Shown: one piece after another, positions 26,413-34,578 of the stretch
How positions within the stretch are numbered: position 1 is the first letter of the stretch
Layout: the number at the start of each line of letters is the position of its first letter
Origin: a virus
Virus genome (UHGV): UHGV-0069723
Reading direction: 5' to 3' (one strand)
Length of the DNA: 41,341 bases
The notes under the pieces: generated by a model
Seen by the model: the letters and a program-made list of their open reading frames with translations, nothing else
What the model was told of the DNA's origin: nothing
Databases searched by the model: none
Program-made: the position numbers and the translations under genes

Positions 26413-28211
26413 GTTACTTTGGCCTTAATCCAGTAAACCAGAATCAGCAGCTTGACGAAGCAGCATCAAATCCAGCTGGCTTTAACAGCGATGTTGGTTT
26501 TTTCGACAATGCTGTAGGAGCGGCATTGTCTGGTTTGTACTCCGGGCTGGTGGCAAAGCCAGATCAGTTGCTATGGGCAGGGATGGATAAAATCGTATCC
26601 CCGATTGCTCAGTTTGTTAACGAAAACACCTCGATCAATGACACTTCAGTTTCATACATTGCTGAGCAGAGAAAACTAGCAGAGCAGCAGGTTAAGCGGC
26701 TGACGCCTGATGCCGCGACAACCGGAACCGCCGGGCAGGTCCTTTATGGGTTGTTCGATATGGGCGGGCAGGCTGTTGTCGGTACAACGCTCGGTGGTCC
26801 GGTCGGAGGTGCTGCGGCGGTAACTTCTCTACAGGGTTTTTCTGAGTTTGAACGGCTTACAGCACAGGGTGTTGATTTCAGGACGGCGCAGGAAGCGGGA
26901 TTAGTGCAGGGTATTACTGCTGGTGCCGGAACACTGATCCCTATGAGCCTCGGGTTACGTGCTGGTGGTGCGCTGGCGGAAGGTGTGGCGGCTCAGCTTG
27001 CGCGGACGGGTGAAAGTTCAGTGCGACGCGCCGCAGCAACAGCAGTACGTGCAACGCCAGATATTGCCTATGCCGCAGGTACAAATATTGCGTTCGGTAT
27101 GGCACAGCGTGGGCTTACTGCAAAAACGCTTCGTGATGGTGGCTATAGCGAAATGGCTAACCAGTATGATGTGTTGGATCGACAGGCAATTGCTATTGAT
27201 GCTGTTCTTGGGGTGGCGTTTGGTGGTGTCGGCAGATTTATTAACTTTCGCGGCGAGTCTACAAGCGCACCAAATTTTTCACTAGTTGATATCGATGCTG
27301 CACTGGCGGCGAATGCCGCTCATCATGCTGAAATTGATATTGCTCCCGGCGTGCCGATCAACGTGCTTTCGCGTAATTCGCACATTCAGGCTCTGCGAAA
27401 AGCCATGTCTGATGTTAGCCAGGGGAGACCTGTAGACGTTGCCAGCATTGTTGAGTCTGCATCTTTCAGTGAAATTCCTGGACGCAAGAGTCTGCTGTCT
27501 CAGGCAGTTAATGAGGCTCTGTCATCTGTAGATGATGGAGTAACGGCGCGCGCTATAGAAAATCGGTTGCTTGAAGAACAGGCCGCGCAGCTTTTGCCGC
27601 GTGGCGATAGACAGGTTTACCAGTCTGAAATCGCTAATAGCCAACGAATTATTGAAAATCTCACTGAACAGCGCGCACAAATTCTTGCAGAAGATCCAGC
27701 CGGTAGCGGTAAGGCTTTATCTCGTGCTCGATCAGATAAACAGGCCAGACTTCGCGATATTGACCAACGAATCCGGCAGGCACAAGAACGCCTGGAATTT
27801 TCTCGTAACGCGTTGGCACCGCATGAGCCTGGCGGTCAGTTTTTTGAAGCTCGAGCAGAACTGGCTCGGAGACAGCAGGCAGAAAGTGAACTTAATGCTC
27901 AGGCTGTTTCATTCTATAAAACAGCAGAGGTCAGGACGCCAGACGAAGTAGCTCCTTTTGAGCCTGATAAAATATTGCAACAGGCAGAACAAAAAATGAT
28001 GTCAGATCAGGCAGGAGATATTGATTTGCGCATAGCTGAAGACTCGCTGCTTGAATCACCTGACATGATAATCACCGTGCTGGATGATGATGGTAATCCA
28101 CAATCGCGCAGTGCGCGTGAAGCACTGGATGAAGCGAACAGGGAAAGTGAGCAGGCAATACAGGATTCCAGCCTGTTTGATGTCGCTGTGGCGTGTTTCT
28201 TGAGAGGTTAA
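26409..28211 (+). CDS. Large internal virion / ejection protein
   Basis: 600 aa; Gly/Ala-rich N-terminal region, coiled-coil C-terminal region. Confidence 0.6.
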   Translation: MSYFGLNPVNQNQQLDEAASNPAGFNSDVGFFDNAVGAALSGLYSGLVAKPDQLLWAGMDKIVSPIAQFVNENTSINDTSVSYIAEQRKLAEQQVKRLTPDAATTGTAGQVLYGLFDMGGQAVVGTTLGGPVGGAAAVTSLQGFSEFERLTAQGVDFRTAQEAGLVQGITAGAGTLIPMSLGLRAGGALAEGVAAQLARTGESSVRRAAATAVRATPDIAYAAGTNIAFGMAQRGLTAKTLRDGGYSEMANQYDVLDRQAIAIDAVLGVAFGGVGRFINFRGESTSAPNFSLVDIDAALAANAAHHAEIDIAPGVPINVLSRNSHIQALRKAMSDVSQGRPVDVASIVESASFSEIPGRKSLLSQAVNEALSSVDDGVTARAIENRLLEEQAAQLLPRGDRQVYQSEIANSQRIIENLTEQRAQILAEDPAGSGKALSRARSDKQARLRDIDQRIRQAQERLEFSRNALAPHEPGGQFFEARAELARRQQAESELNAQAVSFYKTAEVRTPDEVAPFEPDKILQQAEQKMMSDQAGDIDLRIAEDSLLESPDMIITVLDDDGNPQSRSAREALDEANRESEQAIQDSSLFDVAVACFLRG

Positions 28212-28216
28212 ATTAA

Positions 28217-30691
28217 ATGAGACAGGAATGTATACAAGCGGTTCAGCAGGCGGCGCAGCGCATGTTAACGGCGCGAGAAATACAGAACATTGAAGACCGC
28301 ATTTATCGAAATATGCGCTCCATTGCTCGTGATGACCCTATATCGTGGCGACAACTTTCCGAATCAGAGCGGCTATATCGAGCAGCACAATTGGCATCTG
28401 AAGAATTACAGCGAGAAGCGGCATTAAAGAAACGTCGTGTGGCTCTCACTATAGCCGCGCGTCAGAGATTGGATAAATTTATCAATAGCTATCAAGGGGC
28501 TGATGGGAAACTTGGCGCTCTTAACCGTACTATAGCTTTTAATGCAGACGGTAAATCTAATTTCCTCTCTGTTGAATCCAGAACAAAAGCCACCCGTGAT
28601 TATGCATTGAGTCAATTGCAGGAGGCATTCGAAGCAGTTGATCCTCGCTTTTTTGGTCTGTTTGAAGATGAAGCGGGCGTACGTGACCTGGTATATGAAA
28701 TGCGGGGGCAAAATACTGGCAATGCTAAAGCAAGAAACGGTGCTAAGGCGTGGAGAGAAGTTACAGAGCTGCTGCGCCGCCGGTTTAATGATGCTGGTGG
28801 GGACATTGGCTATCTCGAAAACTGGGGGATCCCTCAACATCATTCTATGGAAAAGGTTGGGGCAGTATCAAAGGATAAGTGGGTTAGCGATGTTATAGGT
28901 AAGCTGGATCGCAAATATTATATCCGAGCCGATGGACAACTGATGAACGATGCCGAGTTGTCTTCATTTCTTGGAGAGGCTTATAACACGATCGCTACTG
29001 GTGGGCTGAATAAGCTTACTGATACCGGAATGCGAATTTCCGGCGCACGTGCTAACCGTGGTAATGCATCACGACAGATACATTTCAAAGATGCAGATTC
29101 CTATCTGCAATATCAGCAACTTTATGGCGATCGCTCTCTATGGGAAATCATGGTCGGTCACCTGGAAGGTATCAGTAAAGATATTGCACTGGTGGAAACA
29201 TATGGCCCAAACCCCGATCATGTTTTCCGCTCTCTTCTTGATCAGGTGAAGGCAGAAACGGCAACAGCTAACCCGAGTAAAACCGGTAAAGTCGAGCGGC
29301 TGGCGAACAACACAGAGAATCTGTACAACTTTATTTCCGGAAAGACACAGCCTGTAGCGAATCCGCACATCGCGCGATGGTCTGACAATATCCGCAACTG
29401 GCTGGTTGCCAGCAGACTCGGATCCGCGTTGCTGTCATCGTTCTCTGATCTTGGAACCATGTATCTGTCTGCGAAGGTTACCAACCTTCCAATGAACCAG
29501 TTATTCCGCAACCAGCTTGAAGCTATGGACCCAACGAACCGTACAGAACTTGCGCGGGCGCGCCGCGCTGGTCTGGCGATGGAATCTCTACTTGGCAGCG
29601 TTAACCGCTGGGCGATGGATAATATGGGGCCGTCAGTGTCTCGTTGGGCGGCAACGGCGGTAATGCGTGCCAGTGGGCTTACAGCATGGTCAGATGCGCA
29701 CAAGCGCGCCTATGGCGTAACCATGATGGGAAGCCTGGGAGAAGTAGTGTCACGGACACCAGACCTTCGTAGCCTCGATGACTCTGATTTTCGTATCCTG
29801 AAAAGCAAAGGGATTACTGACACAGACTGGAGCGTATGGAAGCTGGCGAAACAGGAGGACTGGGGGAACGGTAATAATATGATGCTGACACCGGAAAGCA
29901 TTATGCGTATCCCTGATTCAGCAGTTAAACATCTTGGTGAGCCTGAACGCGTGAAATTTGAGGCAATGCGTAAACTGCTCGGTGCCGTAACTGAAGAAGT
30001 TGATATGGCTGTTATTACACCGGGAGCACGTGAGCAACTGATAACCGGTTCTGGTATTCAGCGTGGAACATGGAAAGGTGAATTAACGAGAAGTGTTTTC
30101 CTGTTTAAATCGTTCCCTATCTCGGTTGTTATGCGTCACTGGTCACGCGCTATGGGTATGCCGTCTGCTGGTGGGCGTGCGGCATATATTGCGACGTTTA
30201 TTGCCAGTACGACCATTCTTGGCGCTTTGTCGCAGCAACTTAACGACCTTGCGTCTGGTCGTAATCCTCGAGAGATGACAGGAGAAGATGCCGCAAAATT
30301 CTGGCTTGGTGCTCTACTGAAAGGTGGTGGTCTTGGCCTTTACGGTGACTTTTTATTGTCAGATCACACTAGGTACGGAAGCGGCGCGCTGGCGTCGATG
30401 CTTGGCCCGGTAGCTGGTCTGGTTGATGACGTAGTGAAGATTGCTCAGGGCATACCGTTAAATGCTGTGGAAGGGAAGAGTGAGCAGACTGGTGGTGATC
30501 TGGTGAAGCTGGGGAAAGGTTTGATGCCTGGTGCGAATCTCTGGTACTTGAAGGCGGCTCTCGATCACATGATCTTTAACCAGATGCAGGAGTATTTTTC
30601 ACCAGGCTATTTGCGTAAAATGGAGCAACGTTCGAAGAAAGAGTTTAACCAGACATACTGGTGGCGACCACAGGATGTCACTCCGCAATAA
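28217..30691 (+). CDS. Large internal virion / ejection protein
   Basis: 824 aa; last gene of the long late operon before the accessory region. Confidence 0.6.
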   Translation: MRQECIQAVQQAAQRMLTAREIQNIEDRIYRNMRSIARDDPISWRQLSESERLYRAAQLASEELQREAALKKRRVALTIAARQRLDKFINSYQGADGKLGALNRTIAFNADGKSNFLSVESRTKATRDYALSQLQEAFEAVDPRFFGLFEDEAGVRDLVYEMRGQNTGNAKARNGAKAWREVTELLRRRFNDAGGDIGYLENWGIPQHHSMEKVGAVSKDKWVSDVIGKLDRKYYIRADGQLMNDAELSSFLGEAYNTIATGGLNKLTDTGMRISGARANRGNASRQIHFKDADSYLQYQQLYGDRSLWEIMVGHLEGISKDIALVETYGPNPDHVFRSLLDQVKAETATANPSKTGKVERLANNTENLYNFISGKTQPVANPHIARWSDNIRNWLVASRLGSALLSSFSDLGTMYLSAKVTNLPMNQLFRNQLEAMDPTNRTELARARRAGLAMESLLGSVNRWAMDNMGPSVSRWAATAVMRASGLTAWSDAHKRAYGVTMMGSLGEVVSRTPDLRSLDDSDFRILKSKGITDTDWSVWKLAKQEDWGNGNNMMLTPESIMRIPDSAVKHLGEPERVKFEAMRKLLGAVTEEVDMAVITPGAREQLITGSGIQRGTWKGELTRSVFLFKSFPISVVMRHWSRAMGMPSAGGRAAYIATFIASTTILGALSQQLNDLASGRNPREMTGEDAAKFWLGALLKGGGLGLYGDFLLSDHTRYGSGALASMLGPVAGLVDDVVKIAQGIPLNAVEGKSEQTGGDLVKLGKGLMPGANLWYLKAALDHMIFNQMQEYFSPGYLRKMEQRSKKEFNQTYWWRPQDVTPQ

Positions 30692-30699
30692 AAGGAGAT

Positions 30700-30825
30700 A
30701 TGATGGTTCAAATAACTTTTATTGTACTAATATGTGCAGCGTTTTTATGCTATTCATACATTTTGATAAAAATGGGTTTCAATTGGAATCTCTGTTGCGT
30801 GCAGCGGCATGGTTCGGCTTTGTAG
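30700..30825 (+). CDS. Small hydrophobic peptide (moron candidate)
   Basis: Hand-called 41 aa ORF (MMVQITFIVLICAAFLCYSYILIKMGFNWNLCC...) with AAAGGAG RBS; the alternative track frame 30675-30863 is also hydrophobic, so the frame is uncertain. Confidence 0.3.
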   Translation: MMVQITFIVLICAAFLCYSYILIKMGFNWNLCCVQRHGSAL

Positions 30826-30910
30826 TATTCGGAATTGTATTGTTCGGAAGAATAATAAAATAACTAGTTAATTTGTGGATTGGTGCTGTTTTTCCATGAT
30901 AGGGGTAATT

Positions 30911-31291
30911 ATGAGAAAAGTATTTTTGATTTTTGGATTTATGCTTCTCGTTGGATGCCAGTCAGCTGCACAGTTTGAAAGAAATATGCTTACGTGGCGC
31001 GGGCAGAGTATAGACGCAATGGTTCAGCAGTGGGGGTATCCTCAGGGAGAGCTTACATCTCCAGATGGAAACAGAGTGTATGTTTACTCAAGCTCTGGTA
31101 GTTATAACGTACCACAAACCACAACGTATAATACTACGTCTAATCTAATTGGTAATACTATATATTCAAACACATACGCAACAACTGATGGCGGTTATAC
31201 ACTCCATTTCAGTTGCTCTGTTTACGTTGAGTTTGGTGCTGATAAGATTATTAAAAATGTTACATGGCGCGGTAATAATTGCGTTGCGTGA
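30911..31291 (+). CDS. Lipoprotein (moron), possible BamE/SmpA-OmlA-like N-terminal region
   Basis: 126 aa from ATG 30911; signal peptide with lipobox LLVGC; Thr/Asn/Tyr-rich C-terminal half; visibly AT-rich gene; stop overlaps the GTGACATGTCAC palindrome. Confidence 0.6.
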   Translation: MRKVFLIFGFMLLVGCQSAAQFERNMLTWRGQSIDAMVQQWGYPQGELTSPDGNRVYVYSSSGSYNVPQTTTYNTTSNLIGNTIYSNTYATTDGGYTLHFSCSVYVEFGADKIIKNVTWRGNNCVA

Positions 31292-31299
31292 CATGTCAC
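31288..31299. repeat. 12-bp perfect palindrome GTGACATGTCAC (copy 3 of 3)
   Basis: Identical to copies at 11366 and 13631; overlaps the lipoprotein stop codon and abuts a terminator hairpin. Confidence 0.6.
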
Positions 31300-31325
31300 A
31301 GGCCGCTTTCGCGGCCTTGTTTTTA
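31300..31325 (+). terminator. Rho-independent terminator after the lipoprotein gene
   Basis: Hairpin AGGCCGC-TTTC-GCGGCCT followed by TGTTTTT. Confidence 0.6.
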
Positions 31326-31401
31326 ACGAATGCCACCGCCGCCCGGGCGGGAATCCGCAGAACGCCCACCGCAGCGGGAGCCGTCAGCAGCAGTATCGCT
31401 G

Positions 31402-31905
31402 TTATACTATTGAGTTTAATGATATCTTGTCCTTAATATCATTAAGTTTGCCATATATCTTTTTTGCATAAAAATCAGCCTCCTCAATAAACCTCGACTT
31501 CTCATTATCAGGCATATTTTTGAAGGTATGTGCACATGTATATTGAGAGTAGTATTTGTGAAATTCTTGATACGCATTATTGAGTTCTTGTAAGTCTTTT
31601 TTATACTCAGGAAGGTATATGTTTATTAGCATTTCCATCGTTTGCAACGGATTCGCTCTTGATACGTCAAATTTACTATCAGAGTGGTATCTGGCATTTT
31701 TTACGAAATTGAGAATGGTAATTGTGCTTGAATCTATGACTTTTTTAGTAAGTATACAATTTATAAATAATTGCTCGCGTTTATCCCTTAATATTTTTTG
31801 TCGCTCTAATCTTATGCTGTTTTTGTATCCTTGTCCTGCATTTATATAAGTGGAAACTATAGCAATAACTGCACCTATCAATGCGCCTAAGATAGTATTA
31901 TCCAT
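31402..31905 (-). CDS. Membrane-anchored hypothetical protein (cassette gene C)
   Basis: 167 aa from ATG 31905 with AGGTGG RBS; one N-terminal hydrophobic helix (NTILGALIGAVIAIVSTYI) then a Lys/Tyr-rich soluble domain; visibly AT-rich; no motif I recognise. Confidence 0.6.
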   Translation of the reverse strand: MDNTILGALIGAVIAIVSTYINAGQGYKNSIRLERQKILRDKREQLFINCILTKKVIDSSTITILNFVKNARYHSDSKFDVSRANPLQTMEMLINIYLPEYKKDLQELNNAYQEFHKYYSQYTCAHTFKNMPDNEKSRFIEEADFYAKKIYGKLNDIKDKISLNSIV

Positions 31906-31930
31906 ATAAGCCACCTAAACTGCGTAAAAT

Positions 31931-32794
31931 TTATTTTCTGCCACTTCTGTAGTATATGTTGCGACCATTTTTGGTCACATTAACAACATGACCCTTTGTT
32001 TCTACTTTGTTATTTGTTGCCTTATATACTTCAAAGTCAAACCATGATATATGACTTATTTCGTCTATAGATACCATAATTTCTAGACCTTGAACTTTCT
32101 TTTTGCTTATCCCTTTTATCGCAGCACTGCGCTTAATTTGGATTTCACCTGGGTAAGCGTTTGTAAATGTAACAGATAAATTTTCTTTGTTTCTGTACCC
32201 TGACATTAAAGGAACAAAAGATATGTGTTGGTGTGGCCCTTGATTTTCCGTTGGCTCACCAGAACCATTTATTATTCCAACGTATACTTTATTTGATGAT
32301 AAAGTAATTAACATTGGTTTCTTAGGATCTGATTCGATTGCATCAAGCAATAGCAAATCTAAAGAACCCTGGGAGTACGTTTTTCGCAATACCCTAGCTT
32401 TCATTGCCTCTGATATTTTGTCATAAATATCACGTTTATAAAAACAACCTAAAAGAAGATCTTTTAGCCAAACAAAAGATACATAACACAAAGAGAAGCA
32501 AATTGATGTGACTGACAGAAGAAGTAGCCACATGTAAATTCTATCTGTTTCTGGTTTTGACGTTACATTAAAAGTTTCCACCATATCGTGAACTAGGTGA
32601 AAATCAGGATATTTATATTTTATAAATGCGGCAATTATTACCGAAGCAACAAGGCAATATGTACCTAATGCAGCTACTTTCATATAAAGAAGCTGGCCTT
32701 CATGTCGGTATAAACGGAAATAATGATACTGGTTAGCGGTTATCATAATATAACCACTAACCAGAATGGGGATAATTAGAAGAGCTAACAACAC
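31931..32794 (-). CDS. Polytopic membrane protein with C-terminal soluble domain (cassette gene B)
   Basis: 287 aa; three to four hydrophobic segments in the first ~125 aa; probable GTG start overlapping gene A's stop by 1 nt; visibly AT-rich; no motif I recognise. Confidence 0.65.
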   Translation of the reverse strand: MLLALLIIPILVSGYIMITANQYHYFRLYRHEGQLLYMKVAALGTYCLVASVIIAAFIKYKYPDFHLVHDMVETFNVTSKPETDRIYMWLLLLSVTSICFSLCYVSFVWLKDLLLGCFYKRDIYDKISEAMKARVLRKTYSQGSLDLLLLDAIESDPKKPMLITLSSNKVYVGIINGSGEPTENQGPHQHISFVPLMSGYRNKENLSVTFTNAYPGEIQIKRSAAIKGISKKKVQGLEIMVSIDEISHISWFDFEVYKATNNKVETKGHVVNVTKNGRNIYYRSGRK

Positions 32795-33003
32795 TATTTC
32801 CTTACAGTGGCAAGATCCTGTTTAACGATTGCAGCAGCGAGACGACGCATCTCCTTAACCTCAGGAAGCTCAGAAATTTGCTGTGATGAGATATACACAC
32901 CACCACGCTTGTTAACCTGCGCTGACGCCGGAACTTCTGCATTTTTTGCCTGAGGGCTGGGTGCATTATCCCTCGTTTTTGTACGAGCGAACCAAAATCC
33001 CAT
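32794..33003 (-). CDS. Small hypothetical protein (cassette gene A)
   Basis: 69 aa; strong GGAGGAGA RBS; ordinary GC unlike B and C; promoter-like TTGCAG-17-TACTAT and an operator site directly upstream. Confidence 0.5.
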   Translation of the reverse strand: MGFWFARTKTRDNAPSPQAKNAEVPASAQVNKRGGVYISSQQISELPEVKEMRRLAAAIVKQDLATVRK

Positions 33004-33029
33004 ATCTCCTCCTCATGTAAACACATGGT

Positions 33030-33044
33030 TTACCTTTAAGGTAA
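33030..33044. promoter_or_regulatory. Perfect TTACC-N5-GGTAA site overlapping the cassette promoter -10/+1
   Basis: TTACCTTTAAGGTAA on the plus strand; on the minus strand it abuts the TACTAT -10 candidate (33044-33049). Confidence 0.5.
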
Positions 33045-33114
33045 TAGTACGCTATTCACCCCCAGTCTGCAATCGTACAGAATTATTTAAAGGCACATCC
33101 CTGTGCCGCCGCTG

Positions 33115-33810
33115 TCAGAAGAACCCTGCTTTGTCGTTGATGTATTCCGCGTGGGTCTGGATATCACGCAGGCATTTACTCACACCGACGATGTAGCAGA
33201 ACATGGTGGTCAGCTCCGCCGCCGCGCCCGATACGTCGTGCCCGTCGTCCTGTAACTGGTTCAGCAGATTCATCAGCAGTGAGTTCTCCGTCAGGCCGAG
33301 AACACCAGACGGCGAGTGAATCAGGCTGCGGTAGCCGGGCTTCAGCGGGGCGCTGTAGGTTTTGTTCTCTATCTTCATCGCCTGCATTACTGCTGACGCC
33401 GTGGCGTTGGCTACCTGGTCGGCAACCATCTTTATGCGTTCTTCCTGCGGGAGCGAGTTTTTAATGTAACTTCCGGTGCGGCGGATCTGAGGAAGTACTT
33501 CGCCTGTAACCCATTTGCGAAAGCGGTAGGGGATAGTGCCTGGTGTCACCGCATCGCGGCAGCGGAGGATCAGTGTGTAGAGGCCTGACTCGGAGATGAT
33601 GATCGATTCTTGCTCACCGCCAGGGGTGTCGGTTGAAGCGACGCCCTTCTCATCATCATCAAGTTTTCGAACAGCATCTCGATGGTTTGCTATGCCTATA
33701 GCCCGACAAACATCTGAAGCGATAAACCATGGCTCACCATTAATGACGATTACCCGTATATCGGCTTGGGATTCGAAAGAAAAAATGGACGTGCTTTTTG
33801 TAGCTGTCAT
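33115..33810 (-). CDS. Bro-N domain antirepressor-like protein
   Basis: 231 aa; N-terminal FSFESQADIRVIVINGEPWFIASDVCRAIGIANHRDAVRKLDDDEK...GLYTLILRC...WVTGEVLPQIRRTGSY fits the Bro-N pattern; C-terminal domain is paralogous to the small ORF at 34126-34383. Confidence 0.85.
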   Translation of the reverse strand: MTATKSTSIFSFESQADIRVIVINGEPWFIASDVCRAIGIANHRDAVRKLDDDEKGVASTDTPGGEQESIIISESGLYTLILRCRDAVTPGTIPYRFRKWVTGEVLPQIRRTGSYIKNSLPQEERIKMVADQVANATASAVMQAMKIENKTYSAPLKPGYRSLIHSPSGVLGLTENSLLMNLLNQLQDDGHDVSGAAAELTTMFCYIVGVSKCLRDIQTHAEYINDKAGFF

Positions 33811-34079
33811 AGTGGTTACCTTTTAGTCTGGTTAATCACCACTACCGACGCCAATCGGTTGGTGGTGAACTGTGCAGGGTTGGCGTAACCGGCTAAAAGG
33901 ACCCGGCGCACCTTTCGGTGCCCCCACACAGCCCACCATAATACGAATGTGGCCGTGCTATACGCATAAAAAAACCGCTTGCGCGGTGAATGCGCCTTTT
34001 AGTAATCCGGGACGCCAATCCCGGCACTGGATTTTGCCAGTGCCCGATTACTATGGCACAAGAGGAGTGCGATGTAAAT

Positions 34080-34094
34080 TTACCGCAAAGGTAA
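34080..34094. promoter_or_regulatory. Perfect TTACC-N5-GGTAA site upstream of the Bro-N gene
   Basis: TTACCGCAAAGGTAA, within the ~315-bp untranslated region between the two antirepressor-type genes. Confidence 0.45.
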
Positions 34095-34125
34095 ATATAA
34101 GCACTCCACTTGGTAATTGCAAACC

Positions 34126-34383
34126 TTATCTGGTTTGTTTTCGTAATTGTTCGGCACAATAGTCGAGATGTGTTTGTAGATCCTGCATAGACATCTGTGA
34201 GCTGGTGACGTAGTTAATCAGTGCAGTCAGTTCGGCAAGTGGGCCATCGACATTAAATCCATCCTTATCGAGATCCCGGAGTAATTTCATCAAGTGCGAT
34301 CCCTCCACCAGTGACCTGACGCCTCCCGGCGTGTGAATCCTTTCGGTAAATCCGTCTTCCAGTGGATAGTGATACTGCTGCAT
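34126..34383 (-). CDS. Small antirepressor-like protein (paralog of the Bro-N protein C-terminal domain)
   Basis: 85 aa from ATG 34383 (MQQYHYPLEDGF...); HTPGGVRSLVEGSHLMKLLRDLDKDGFNVDGPLAELT...DLQTHLDYC aligns with HSPSGVLGLTENSLLMNLLNQLQDDGHDVSGAAAELT...DIQTHAEYI of the Bro-N protein; LexA box in its promoter. Confidence 0.6.
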   Translation of the reverse strand: MQQYHYPLEDGFTERIHTPGGVRSLVEGSHLMKLLRDLDKDGFNVDGPLAELTALINYVTSSQMSMQDLQTHLDYCAEQLRKQTR

Positions 34384-34404
34384 CTTATCTTCTCCATGTA
34401 ATAA

Positions 34405-34420
34405 CTGTATATTTATACAG
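34405..34420. promoter_or_regulatory. LexA (SOS) box CTGTATATTTATACAG
   Basis: Matches CTGT-N8-ACAG with an AT-rich spacer and perfect dyad symmetry; 22 bp upstream of the small antirepressor-like ORF, overlapping its likely -10. Confidence 0.7.
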
Positions 34421-34459
34421 TAGCAAATAATTTGTTTGCTATCCAGCACGTTTTGCAAA

Positions 34460-34474
34460 TTACCCGAAAGGTAA
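34460..34474. promoter_or_regulatory. Perfect TTACC-N5-GGTAA site upstream of the LexA-boxed promoter
   Basis: TTACCCGAAAGGTAA, about 40 bp distal to the LexA box. Confidence 0.45.
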
Positions 34475-34578
34475 TATCTATTCGTATTTACAGTCTTTCT
34501 ATCCATATGTGGTTTTTCAGGTAATAGAATAACCAGATATGCGGCGCAACGGGTGCTGCGACTATCTGGAGATTTAAC

